A DNA stretch of 64,000 nt from Patescibacteria group bacterium (lineage in GTDB: Bacteria; Patescibacteriota; Saccharimonadia; Saccharimonadales; UBA4665): positions 125,572 through 189,571 of the forward strand of contig JBBTTF010000001.1 of assembly GCA_038064375.1 (NCBI GenBank), read 5' to 3'. The translations under genes were made by a program, and so were the position numbers. Below, piece after piece: positions 8,389 to 16,059 of this stretch. The first letter of the stretch is position 1. Every line of letters starts with the position of its first letter. Below the pieces are notes generated by a model. The model saw only the letters and a list, made by a program, of their open reading frames with translations. It was not told where the DNA came from and did no database searches.

Positions 8389-11300
8389 ATGCCAAACAAA
8401 GTCTATGACCCCGAGACTGACGATGAGTCGGTCGATGGCGTTTCCAGTCTAGGTGCCGGTCACGACCGAGCAGCTGGGATAGCGGGCGACCCGCGCGGTG
8501 AAAATGTGGCGGCGGGTGATCCTTCTGACCCTCGTGGCGATGGTTTAAGTCGTAGCGGCCTCCTTCGTAGTGAGAACGAGGCCGTGGGCGACCCTTCTGA
8601 TCCTCGTGGTGATGAGGCCAGCGTTGATCCAGAAGGCCTAAATGAATCCGAGGCGGCGGCTGGTGGCTATGCGCCAAATTATGATTCTAGCCAAAAGCAA
8701 TCCCGTGGCGAGCAGGCAAGGTCTTTTGGTAAGAGAAATCGTGGCAAACTTCTTATTTTTGGCACTTTGGGTGGCACAAGCGTCATCTCAATCGTGATTG
8801 GTATGTTTACGCTTATCCCTCTTAAGATCGAGCACATGGTCTCAAACTTGGACGACAGATTCTACTCAGCGGCTAACGAGGCCGTAGGGGAGATGACTCA
8901 GCATCTGACGAGCCACTATATAAGAAAATATGTAATCCCAGCGTACAAAAACTGCGGTACGACGATTGATAGACACTGTAAAGTGGCGATAGGCGGCGGC
9001 GGGAGTAACCCCGTAACGAACATGTATAGATCGTGGGCGAAGGCAAGATTTGAGAATGATCTTTACTACAAATACCAGATTGAGTTTAAGTTTGATACGG
9101 CTAGTGGTAAATGGCGTATAGTAGACCATCGACCTGGAGGTACTAGCACAGACATTGGCAAGAATGGTGAGCATTTCGACGATTTGATGAGCAGAAAAGA
9201 TCGCAAAGAGGTGTTCAACAGACTATTGGATAGTGTAGATGGCATGACCAAGCGCGAGAAAGTCCAATACCGATACAAGATGGGTACTTTAGTAGATAGA
9301 ACATGGGGCACGACTCGGTGTATGTTGTACTGTGCTCTTAAGAAGAAGGTGCTGGCACCAGTTAAGGAGGCGAAAAAGGCGGCCAAGTACTTGCTTGCAG
9401 AACGTGTCCTTGCGCCACGAAGCGAGCTAACAGCCATCGCTATGGCCTGCTTTATTAACCCCGACTGCCAGCCCGATCATACTAAAGTAGACCCTGACAA
9501 CCCAGACAAACCGCCAAGCGACGGAACAACCGATGAGCAGAGAGAAAAGCTTAAAGCCATGGCGGCGGAGCATGGGCTAAATGCTGGCGACACAGAAAAG
9601 CTTATAAAGCTACACGCTGAGATGTCAGAAAACGGCTTTCAAAATTATCTAATCAAAAAAATGACAACTACTTTCGTCAAGGGAGCTGCGGGCGACGTTG
9701 CTGCCAAAAGAATATCTGGCGCCATACCCTATATTGGCTGGATAGACCTAAGTGCGAGAACGATTGATGCCGCCAGCAACGCAGGACCCAAGATAAAGAA
9801 GTTGGGCTATATGGTTGGAGCGGCCTCTGCCGTCCAAGTCTACATGGAATATCGTACTTATGCCGACGAGGCGCATACCGGCAATGTTGATCCTGTAGAA
9901 ATGGGGTCAATGGCTGACTCACTTGGAAAGGGAGTCGAGGATCCAAAAGATCCGTTAGTGGGCGGCACTGCCAGCGCCGAAGAAGCACCTTTGTACAACG
10001 AGCTTGTCAACGGCGGCGGAGCTCCGGCCCAATCTCCTAACTACCTCTGCAACAACGGCAAGCCGCCCGCTACTGGTAAGCCTTGTAGCGAAGAGATGTT
10101 GGGACAGGGCGGTAATGGGGTTGCTAATGCGGTTAGCGATTTTGTGAACTCGCCAGGTGTTGATGTGCTGGTTACCACCGCCAAATTATGGAAAGCCACC
10201 GTGGGCAAGCTCTTTGACGCTGTAAACTGGCTAGCTAGCGAGACAATCGGGGGCGCCGCTGGCGTGGCGCTTAAGGCTGTAGATGCTGGGTGTAGCGTAA
10301 AAATACCCGTTCCCTTTGCACCCGATATTTATCCAGCCAACGCAGCCTTGCTCAACTTCCCCTTCTGTCAAACAATTGACAAAGCCAAAGAGATTACGGA
10401 GCTAACCATAAAAGGCATAACCAACTACCTGCTGCCGAATGCTCTCGGCAGCAACATGGGCGGCGGTCGAACATTCACACTTATGGCAGCAGGCTCTAAC
10501 GTAGCGGCTAATGATACTTGTGAGCAAATGGGCTGCCAAGCCGTTGATGATACTACAGCCACTGCTATCATAAATAAGCAAAGGGACAAAGCACGTGAGG
10601 AGTTCGCGAGGCAACCTTTCTTTGCTCGTATGTTTAGTACTGATAGTTCTTACTCATTAGTTTCCAAGATGGCGATGGCAACACCTTTTGACATGCGCAG
10701 CTCCGCCGCAACAAGTGTGGCCAGTCTACTGAGCAATCCTTTTAGTGTTTTTGGCAATAGCTTTGGGTCTATTGTTGGCGGGCGGGCTTCCGCAGCAAAC
10801 GGCACTACGCCAGACCCATTTGGAATCGGGAACCAAGCATTCCCGTCAAGCAAAATACCCGATAACCCAGAGGCTTACTGGAACGCCAACAATTGCGGTG
10901 ACGAGACCGAAAGCGGACCAATTGCTCAGTGGCAAAAAGCAGCGGCCTCACCTGACGGCAATGGACCAACCAACGAGAACACGGGCATGCCTGTTCATGT
11001 AGACTCTGAGCCATGCTTACTTATAAAGTACTCGACAGGAGTTAACGGAGGATTCTTCGACAAAGATAATTTGAACGAGGAAGATTTGGCTGAATTGCCG
11101 GGCGCAGGCAGTACCGCAGCCAGTAGCACTGCAACCGAAAAAATAGACATGGACACTCTTTTTGAATCTTCAGCAAACGTAGGCTGTGCTGAGAACACCA
11201 AAGATATTGGCGTTGAAGACGGCTATACCAACGGCAAAAAAGTCAGAATTCGTCTATGTGCGATCTCTAATTTGCCGAGTAGCGGCGAAGAATCAAGTGG

Positions 11301-11664
11301 TGGTTACGGCATAGAGGGCGCTGATGGCAAGTGCATAATAAACTCTCGGGCTTCCGGCGCTGTTTATGCGATGGTTGCCGAGGCAAAGAAGGCAAAAGTT
11401 ACGCTATCTGCTAACAGCTGTTTTAGAACCATGAATCACCAAAAAGCTTTGTGGTCACAATACGGTATGGATCCCGCAAGAGTCGCAAGACCAGGATATT
11501 CTAACCACCAAATGGGTCTTGCCATAGACATTAGTGGTCTGCCAGGGGATCCTGGACCTGTAAGTGGCAGTAAAGTATGGGCTTGGCTCAGCAAAAACGC
11601 CGACAAGTTTAGTTATAAGAATTACCCAGCGGAAGCATGGCACTGGTCGCCAACAGGAAATTAA
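8389..11664 (+). CDS. 1091-aa membrane-anchored protein with C-terminal M15 (VanY-type) peptidoglycan peptidase domain
   Basis: The acidic N-terminus carries repeats, followed by one TM helix (LLIFGTLGGTSVISIVIGMFTLIPL, preceded by KRNRGK). The C-terminal ~130 aa carry the zinc-peptidase M15/VanY motifs PGYSNHQMGLAIDI (SxHxxGxAxD) and AEAWHWSP (ExWH). The gene sits directly downstream of VirB4. Confidence 0.75.
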   Translation: MPNKVYDPETDDESVDGVSSLGAGHDRAAGIAGDPRGENVAAGDPSDPRGDGLSRSGLLRSENEAVGDPSDPRGDEASVDPEGLNESEAAAGGYAPNYDSSQKQSRGEQARSFGKRNRGKLLIFGTLGGTSVISIVIGMFTLIPLKIEHMVSNLDDRFYSAANEAVGEMTQHLTSHYIRKYVIPAYKNCGTTIDRHCKVAIGGGGSNPVTNMYRSWAKARFENDLYYKYQIEFKFDTASGKWRIVDHRPGGTSTDIGKNGEHFDDLMSRKDRKEVFNRLLDSVDGMTKREKVQYRYKMGTLVDRTWGTTRCMLYCALKKKVLAPVKEAKKAAKYLLAERVLAPRSELTAIAMACFINPDCQPDHTKVDPDNPDKPPSDGTTDEQREKLKAMAAEHGLNAGDTEKLIKLHAEMSENGFQNYLIKKMTTTFVKGAAGDVAAKRISGAIPYIGWIDLSARTIDAASNAGPKIKKLGYMVGAASAVQVYMEYRTYADEAHTGNVDPVEMGSMADSLGKGVEDPKDPLVGGTASAEEAPLYNELVNGGGAPAQSPNYLCNNGKPPATGKPCSEEMLGQGGNGVANAVSDFVNSPGVDVLVTTAKLWKATVGKLFDAVNWLASETIGGAAGVALKAVDAGCSVKIPVPFAPDIYPANAALLNFPFCQTIDKAKEITELTIKGITNYLLPNALGSNMGGGRTFTLMAAGSNVAANDTCEQMGCQAVDDTTATAIINKQRDKAREEFARQPFFARMFSTDSSYSLVSKMAMATPFDMRSSAATSVASLLSNPFSVFGNSFGSIVGGRASAANGTTPDPFGIGNQAFPSSKIPDNPEAYWNANNCGDETESGPIAQWQKAAASPDGNGPTNENTGMPVHVDSEPCLLIKYSTGVNGGFFDKDNLNEEDLAELPGAGSTAASSTATEKIDMDTLFESSANVGCAENTKDIGVEDGYTNGKKVRIRLCAISNLPSSGEESSGGYGIEGADGKCIINSRASGAVYAMVAEAKKAKVTLSANSCFRTMNHQKALWSQYGMDPARVARPGYSNHQMGLAIDISGLPGDPGPVSGSKVWAWLSKNADKFSYKNYPAEAWHWSPTGN
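8485..8614 (+). repeat. three in-frame copies of a GDP(SDP)RG(D/E) peptide motif (two near-identical 28-nt DNA copies)
   Basis: ggtgatccttctgaccctcgtggcgatg (8515..8542) and ggcgacccttctgatcctcgtggtgatg (8587..8614) both encode GDPSDPRGD. A degenerate copy, ggcgacccgcgcggtgaaaatg (8485..8506), encodes GDPRGEN. Confidence 0.8.
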
Positions 11665-12939
11665 ATGAAGATTAAAGATTTACCTCGAATATTTTTTATA
11701 GCCCTGTGCTTGTTGGTACTAACCGCGACCAATGTGTCGCCGATTTTTGCCGAACCCTTGCCCGAAGATGAGCTAACAGCACTTGAGGACTACCCAAACT
11801 GGGTTGCTAGCAACGGCTGCACTGATTCGGGAAGCGGATCCATTAGTACTGCAAGTGGCCTGCCAGACGACCTAGTTAAGGCAATTAACAAACTAAAGCC
11901 GGACTATGTTAGGGCTAGTGAGGCCAAAAAGGTGCCTTGGCAGCTGCTGGCAGCAGTTCACTATAGAGAGGCAAGCAACAATCCCAATCAAGACCTTCAG
12001 GCAGGAAATCCTATAGGTGGCGGTGGTGGTCAGTTTGGTAGCTACCCTCAAGGGCGGCCTAAGTCCCTCGAACAGTCAGCTGAGTTTGCGGCCGATGAGC
12101 TTATGCAAAAAGCCAAGGAGGGTATCGTAAAAAAGCCAATTAATGTGCCTGCCCCCGATCCTAATGCAATAAAGGACGCGCTTTTTGGTTATAACGGTAG
12201 GGCTTCTGTTTATGCTGAGCAGGCTGCTTCCCTTGGATTTAATAAGAATACCCAGCCTTTTGAGGGGTCGCCATACGTAATGAATAATGCTGACAGCAAA
12301 CACAAAGACATGAAGATAATCACGCAGGATTTTGGTGGACTTGATGGTGTAGACACAAGATTCGGAGCGTTTACTCTGTATGTTAAGTTGGGCGGCGGCA
12401 CCGGTGGTAGCAGCGATAACTGCAGTACTACTGCGGGCGGCACTATTGCGGCTGCAGTTCAAACCGCAGTTAAATACTCGTGGCCTGAGTACCACGCTGC
12501 GCCATATTTTAAGATGAAGCCTGAGTATAAAACGGCAATCACCAAAGCGATTGGGGCTGGCGAATACGTTGGTGGTGGCCCGAACCCTGGGATCGATTGT
12601 GGGGGATTTGTAACTAGGGTTATGCGCGATAGTGCGGCAGACCCCAACTATAACTGGGGGCCAAAGAATGCCAAACAAGGGCCAACTAGCTCTCAACAAG
12701 CCTATATGGACGCCAATCCTGACAAGTACCAAAACCTAGGGAATGTTAACAATACGGACAAGCTTCAGCCTGGGGACATAGCAATAAACTCAACCCATAC
12801 ATATATGTATGTCGGTAAGCAGCCGGGCTTCAAAGGCAACGCAGCCTCTGCATCATACAGCACGAGCGGCACAAGCTGGCGAACCCCTATGGCCAGCAAT
12901 ACATATTGGGGTTTTGCTTGGTATAGGCTTAAGGGATGA
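11665..12939 (+). CDS. secreted bifunctional cell-wall hydrolase, CwlT-like (lysozyme/SLT-like N-domain plus NlpC/P60 papain-fold C-domain)
   Basis: The ATG abuts the TAA of the previous gene. A signal peptide is present (IFFIALCLLVLTATNVSPIFA). The N-domain has SLT-like motifs WQLLAAVHYREAS (E-x-S) and LFGYNGR (an AYNAG-like motif). The C-domain has IDCGGFVTRVM (catalytic Cys) and GDIAINSTHTYMYVG (His), as in NlpC/P60. Confidence 0.65.
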   Translation: MKIKDLPRIFFIALCLLVLTATNVSPIFAEPLPEDELTALEDYPNWVASNGCTDSGSGSISTASGLPDDLVKAINKLKPDYVRASEAKKVPWQLLAAVHYREASNNPNQDLQAGNPIGGGGGQFGSYPQGRPKSLEQSAEFAADELMQKAKEGIVKKPINVPAPDPNAIKDALFGYNGRASVYAEQAASLGFNKNTQPFEGSPYVMNNADSKHKDMKIITQDFGGLDGVDTRFGAFTLYVKLGGGTGGSSDNCSTTAGGTIAAAVQTAVKYSWPEYHAAPYFKMKPEYKTAITKAIGAGEYVGGGPNPGIDCGGFVTRVMRDSAADPNYNWGPKNAKQGPTSSQQAYMDANPDKYQNLGNVNNTDKLQPGDIAINSTHTYMYVGKQPGFKGNAASASYSTSGTSWRTPMASNTYWGFAWYRLKG

Positions 12940-12958
12940 TATTAGTTGGAGGCAAGTC

Positions 12959-13603
12959 ATGAGTAATGGTCAAAGGGTTCTGGTGGTGTTTGGTTTGGTA
13001 CTTGTAGTCGTGTTGGGATTCAACATCACCACCTATATAAAACATAGGGGCATGGTAAAGATAACTGTGGCGGTTCTGCCCTCCGACTCTACACTCTTAC
13101 TTGATGATAAAAAAGTTAAGCCTGGCGGCATATATGTGACCGCCGGATCACACAAGCTTACGGCGTCGAGGCAATACTTCACTACTGTTTCCAAAACAAT
13201 TAACACGACCGATTCGAACTCCTCGGACATTATCTATCTAATGCCTAGCCCTGACTCTGAGGAGGCAAAAAAATGGCTCGAAGAACACCCGAAAGAACAA
13301 TTAGCACGTGAAGCACAAGGAGGCGTCGAGGCAGTAAAAACACAGACTCTGTTAGACGATAAGTATCCTGTTATTAAGAAATTGCCTGAATATAATTCAC
13401 GCTACAAGATAGACTACGCCCTAGACTCCAATAACAATATAAGCTTCTCGATAACTCTATACGCAATCATAAACAGGCCCGAGCAATATCCTCAATATCA
13501 GCAACAGCTGAAGCAATATAAGGCCGAAGCTCTAAAGTTTTTGACGGATAATAAAATTAACGTGCAAAAGACACCTATAACATACACACCAGACGTTGAT
13601 TAG
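12959..13603 (+). CDS. single-pass membrane protein with PEGA-like beta-sandwich domain, unknown function
   Basis: The track ORF 12809..13603 overlaps the previous gene by 131 nt. The internal ATG at 12959 gives MSNGQRVLVVFGLVLVVVLGFNITTYI, a TM anchor. KITVAVLPSDSTLLLDDKKVKPGGIYVTAGSHKLTASRQYF resembles a PEGA domain. Confidence 0.55.
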   Translation: MSNGQRVLVVFGLVLVVVLGFNITTYIKHRGMVKITVAVLPSDSTLLLDDKKVKPGGIYVTAGSHKLTASRQYFTTVSKTINTTDSNSSDIIYLMPSPDSEEAKKWLEEHPKEQLAREAQGGVEAVKTQTLLDDKYPVIKKLPEYNSRYKIDYALDSNNNISFSITLYAIINRPEQYPQYQQQLKQYKAEALKFLTDNKINVQKTPITYTPDVD

Positions 13604-14661
13604 GCTTTACGCTCAAGCGGAATAACATTGCAGTCGTCAGTAAAGTGCTGGGTCACTATGTCTGCGTCGGTCGTTGTTATAAACGTCTGGTAGGGTGCGA
13701 GATAATCGGTCAGGGCGTGGCGGCGCTTGCCGTCTAGCTCGCTGAAGACGTCATCCAACAATAGAAGGGGAGTCGCGTCTCGGACTTTCTCGATGATTTT
13801 GAGCTCGATGATTTTGAGCGCCAGCACTGCGGTACGAACTTCGCCGCGAGAGGCGACTTCTTGTGCTGGTCTTTCGTCAAAGTTTATTAGTAAGTCCTCG
13901 CGGTGTGGGCCGTTGCCGGTGAAACCTCGTAGTTGATCATCATCAAAGCTGGTTTCAAGCTTTTTGAGCAGCTGGGTTTCGTATCTGTCGACTGGCCATT
14001 TGTGATCATAGCTAATTGATACTTTTGTTTTGGTGTTGGACAGTTTTTTGTACAAACCACTTAGGTCTTTGTTGATGGTCTCTGTTAGGTCAGTGCGTGC
14101 GCGAACAATTTGGCCACCTAGTTGGCTGAGTCTAACGTCCCACGGGAACATTTGTGACTGATTCGGGTTTGAGTTTTTGAGCAGACGGTTGCGTTGAGCC
14201 AATGTGCGCTTATATTGACGGCGAATGGTTCCGTAGTTGGGTGTTGTTTGCTCCAGTAGGTCGTCGAGGTAGTCACGGCGGCGGTCTGGGCCACCGGCGA
14301 ATAGTCGCAGGTGGTTTGGTTCAAACAAAACAATTGGCAGAGTGCCCTGCATACTTAGGCGCTTGTAGGTTTTGCCGTCTATCTCGTATTGTTTGCTTGG
14401 CGAAGGCTCGGCGATTATCTTAATGGTTCGTTGGGTGTTGTTGTCACAGTGGCCATCAATGCGTGACCAAGGCTTGTTGAACTGTATTAGCTCACTGTCT
14501 TTGGCACGATATGATGAACCGCGAGACAGCACCAATACCGCCTCTAGTAGGTTGGTTTTGCCGCTAGCATTCGGCCCAACCACAATATTTACCCCAGAGC
14601 TTAGCTCAAAAGAAGCGTCGCTAAAAGAACGAAAATGCTGCAACCTCAAGTCAGTGATCAT
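13600..14661 (-). CDS. recF: DNA replication and repair protein RecF
   Basis: The N-terminus is MITDLRLQHFRSF. Walker A is VGPNASGKTNLLEAV and Walker B is PLLLLDDVFSELD. The protein is 353 aa and sits in the canonical dnaA-dnaN-recF order. Confidence 0.92.
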   Translation of the reverse strand: MITDLRLQHFRSFSDASFELSSGVNIVVGPNASGKTNLLEAVLVLSRGSSYRAKDSELIQFNKPWSRIDGHCDNNTQRTIKIIAEPSPSKQYEIDGKTYKRLSMQGTLPIVLFEPNHLRLFAGGPDRRRDYLDDLLEQTTPNYGTIRRQYKRTLAQRNRLLKNSNPNQSQMFPWDVRLSQLGGQIVRARTDLTETINKDLSGLYKKLSNTKTKVSISYDHKWPVDRYETQLLKKLETSFDDDQLRGFTGNGPHREDLLINFDERPAQEVASRGEVRTAVLALKIIELKIIEKVRDATPLLLLDDVFSELDGKRRHALTDYLAPYQTFITTTDADIVTQHFTDDCNVIPLERKA

Positions 14662-14686
14662 AGACTAATTGTAACGGAACTAGGTT

Positions 14687-15778
14687 TTAGCTCTTAAGGG
14701 GCATGATAATGTGCTGGTAGTCGGGCAAGGCGGGATCACTCAGTAGGGTTGGTTCGAGCTTACCATTAAAACCAAATGAGACATCTTCGCCATGCAGGGC
14801 ACCAAGACCATCTAGAAGATAGCGCGAGTTAACAGTAATACTGCCGCTACCTTTAACTTTAGCTGGTGCTGTGGCGGTGTTCTCTCCTAGTTGAGAGGCT
14901 ACAGAACGTATACTAAGCTGTTTTGAGGCCTCGTCTATCTCGATGGTTACGCTGCCTGCGCTTTCGCGGGCGAACAGACTGGAGACTTTGGTTACATTGA
15001 CTAGGTCGGATCTTTTGAGGGTAGCTTGAGTGGTAAAGCTATTTGGAATTAGCTTGCGGTAGTCAGGATACTTTCCATCAACTAAACGAGTTACTAACTC
15101 AATATCACCGACATGGAAGGAAACTTGTTGGTCATTGTGAGTTATATGCACGTCTTCGTCATCATCGTTCAAAACTCTTAGCAGGTCGTTCATGGCTGAG
15201 GCTGGAACGAGCAGATGAATGTCGTTCTTTTCGGCTACAAGTTGTTTTTCGGCAAGGCGATAACTGTCAGTTGCCGCCATGTATAGGTTTCCTTCGTGGG
15301 TTTGAAGTAGAACACCGGTGAGTACTGGTCGTGTTTCGTCGTTGGAGGCTGCAAAAACAACTTGTTGCAAAGACTTCTTAAACAAACCACCTTTGATAGT
15401 AAGTTTTTTGCCGTCAGCTATAACTGGCATAACAGGGAAGTCGTCAGCAACGATTCCATTAACTACAGATTGGTATTGGTCGGTTGTAACGTGAAGTTTT
15501 GTTTCTTGTAGATCTAACTCAATAACTCCGTCTGGTAGGCTACTCACAAAGTCTTGCATTAGGCGAGCTGGAACAGTTATAGAGCCTTCTTGTTTAACCT
15601 TGGCGCCGATGTAGTGGGTTATGGCGATATCTAGGTTGGTTGCAGACAGACTTAATCGGTTGTTACTGGTTTTGATAAGTACGTTGGCAAGTATTGGTAG
15701 TGTGCCTCGGCTGTTGGCAACACGTGCAACGGAGCCTAGTGCGCGGTTTAAGTTTTCTTGTGTGACTTGTAGTTTCAT
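14687..15778 (-). CDS. dnaN: DNA polymerase III beta sliding clamp
   Basis: The N-terminus is MKLQVTQENLNRALGSVARVANSRGTLPILANVLI. The length of 363 aa fits a three-domain clamp. The gene is immediately downstream of dnaA. The track ORF begins at TTG 15793, but the ATG at 15778 is more likely. Confidence 0.93.
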   Translation of the reverse strand: MKLQVTQENLNRALGSVARVANSRGTLPILANVLIKTSNNRLSLSATNLDIAITHYIGAKVKQEGSITVPARLMQDFVSSLPDGVIELDLQETKLHVTTDQYQSVVNGIVADDFPVMPVIADGKKLTIKGGLFKKSLQQVVFAASNDETRPVLTGVLLQTHEGNLYMAATDSYRLAEKQLVAEKNDIHLLVPASAMNDLLRVLNDDDEDVHITHNDQQVSFHVGDIELVTRLVDGKYPDYRKLIPNSFTTQATLKRSDLVNVTKVSSLFARESAGSVTIEIDEASKQLSIRSVASQLGENTATAPAKVKGSGSITVNSRYLLDGLGALHGEDVSFGFNGKLEPTLLSDPALPDYQHIIMPLKS

Positions 15779-15789
15779 ATGACCGCCCT

Positions 15790-16059
15790 TCAAGTATTAA
15801 TAACTAAATTATTTAAATAAAATCGTCGCTCGTTGTTATAGGTCGTGTGGAAACCTTGTAAAACTTGACCAGCAACAGACACAAAAAAGCTTTTTAGGAT
15901 GTGGGAAACACCTCGGAAAAGACCGGCTAACAACACGTATAACCCCACCAAACTATCAACACCCGCGCCAAGTGCACCAGCCATGGCTGTGCAAACACGA
16001 CCTAATTGACCACAAACACTGAACAGGCCACCCACAACTAATACACAGTTTTTACGCAT
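15790..16059 (-). CDS. possible 89-aa small hydrophobic protein filling the dnaA-dnaN spacer (doubtful)
   Basis: ATG 16059..16057 overlaps the last codons and the stop of dnaA (ATGCGTAA). The ORF ends at TGA 15792..15790, next to the dnaN ribosome-binding region. The sequence is Gly/Val/Leu-rich with 2-3 hydrophobic segments, and many codons start with G (GTT, GGT, GCT), which is coding-like. The same DNA carries degenerate DnaA-box-like 9-mers and an AT-rich end, so it may instead be origin DNA. Confidence 0.3.
   Translation of the reverse strand: MRKNCVLVVGGLFSVCGQLGRVCTAMAGALGAGVDSLVGLYVLLAGLFRGVSHILKSFFVSVAGQVLQGFHTTYNNERRFYLNNLVINT

Noticed and set aside
8515-8614. RGD tripeptides (twice) as possible integrin-type adhesion motifs.
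   Set aside because: They lie N-terminal to the only TM helix, next to a positively charged KRNRGK flank, so they are probably cytoplasmic. RGD is also simply part of a longer GDPSDPRGD repeat. There is no basis for an adhesin claim.
12076-12732. A long antisense ORF (218 aa) inside the CwlT-like gene. Similar antisense or alternate-frame ORFs occur at 1028..1324, 1329..1769, 3674..4156, 4881..5297, 6739..7155, 9066..9437, 36993..37400, 44203..44583, 56642..57001 and 57819..58166.
   Set aside because: All are fully embedded in longer ORFs that have recognisable domains or motifs. They lack Shine-Dalgarno sequences and have skewed, Arg/Ser/Cys-rich compositions typical of frame shadows.
12809-12958. 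N-terminal extensions offered by the ORF track: 12809 for the PEGA-like gene, 22379 for the GT4 gene, 43974 for the GT4 gene, 49504 for nadD, 62117 for murC, 62041 for the membrane protein, 15793 for dnaN, 4288 for the acidic protein and 24344 for rmd.
   Set aside because: Each extension overlaps the neighbouring gene or starts at a non-ATG codon without a ribosome-binding site. In each case an internal ATG gives a canonical N-terminus (a Rossmann motif, a TM anchor, or an ATGA/TAATG coupling).
15794-16051. Calling the dnaA-dnaN spacer the primary oriC.
   Set aside because: It has only 2-mismatch DnaA-box-like 9-mers and is fully covered by a coding-like ORF. The dnaA-rpmH gap has two perfect boxes and a much longer AT-rich element. 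I kept it only as a possible second origin part (see findings).
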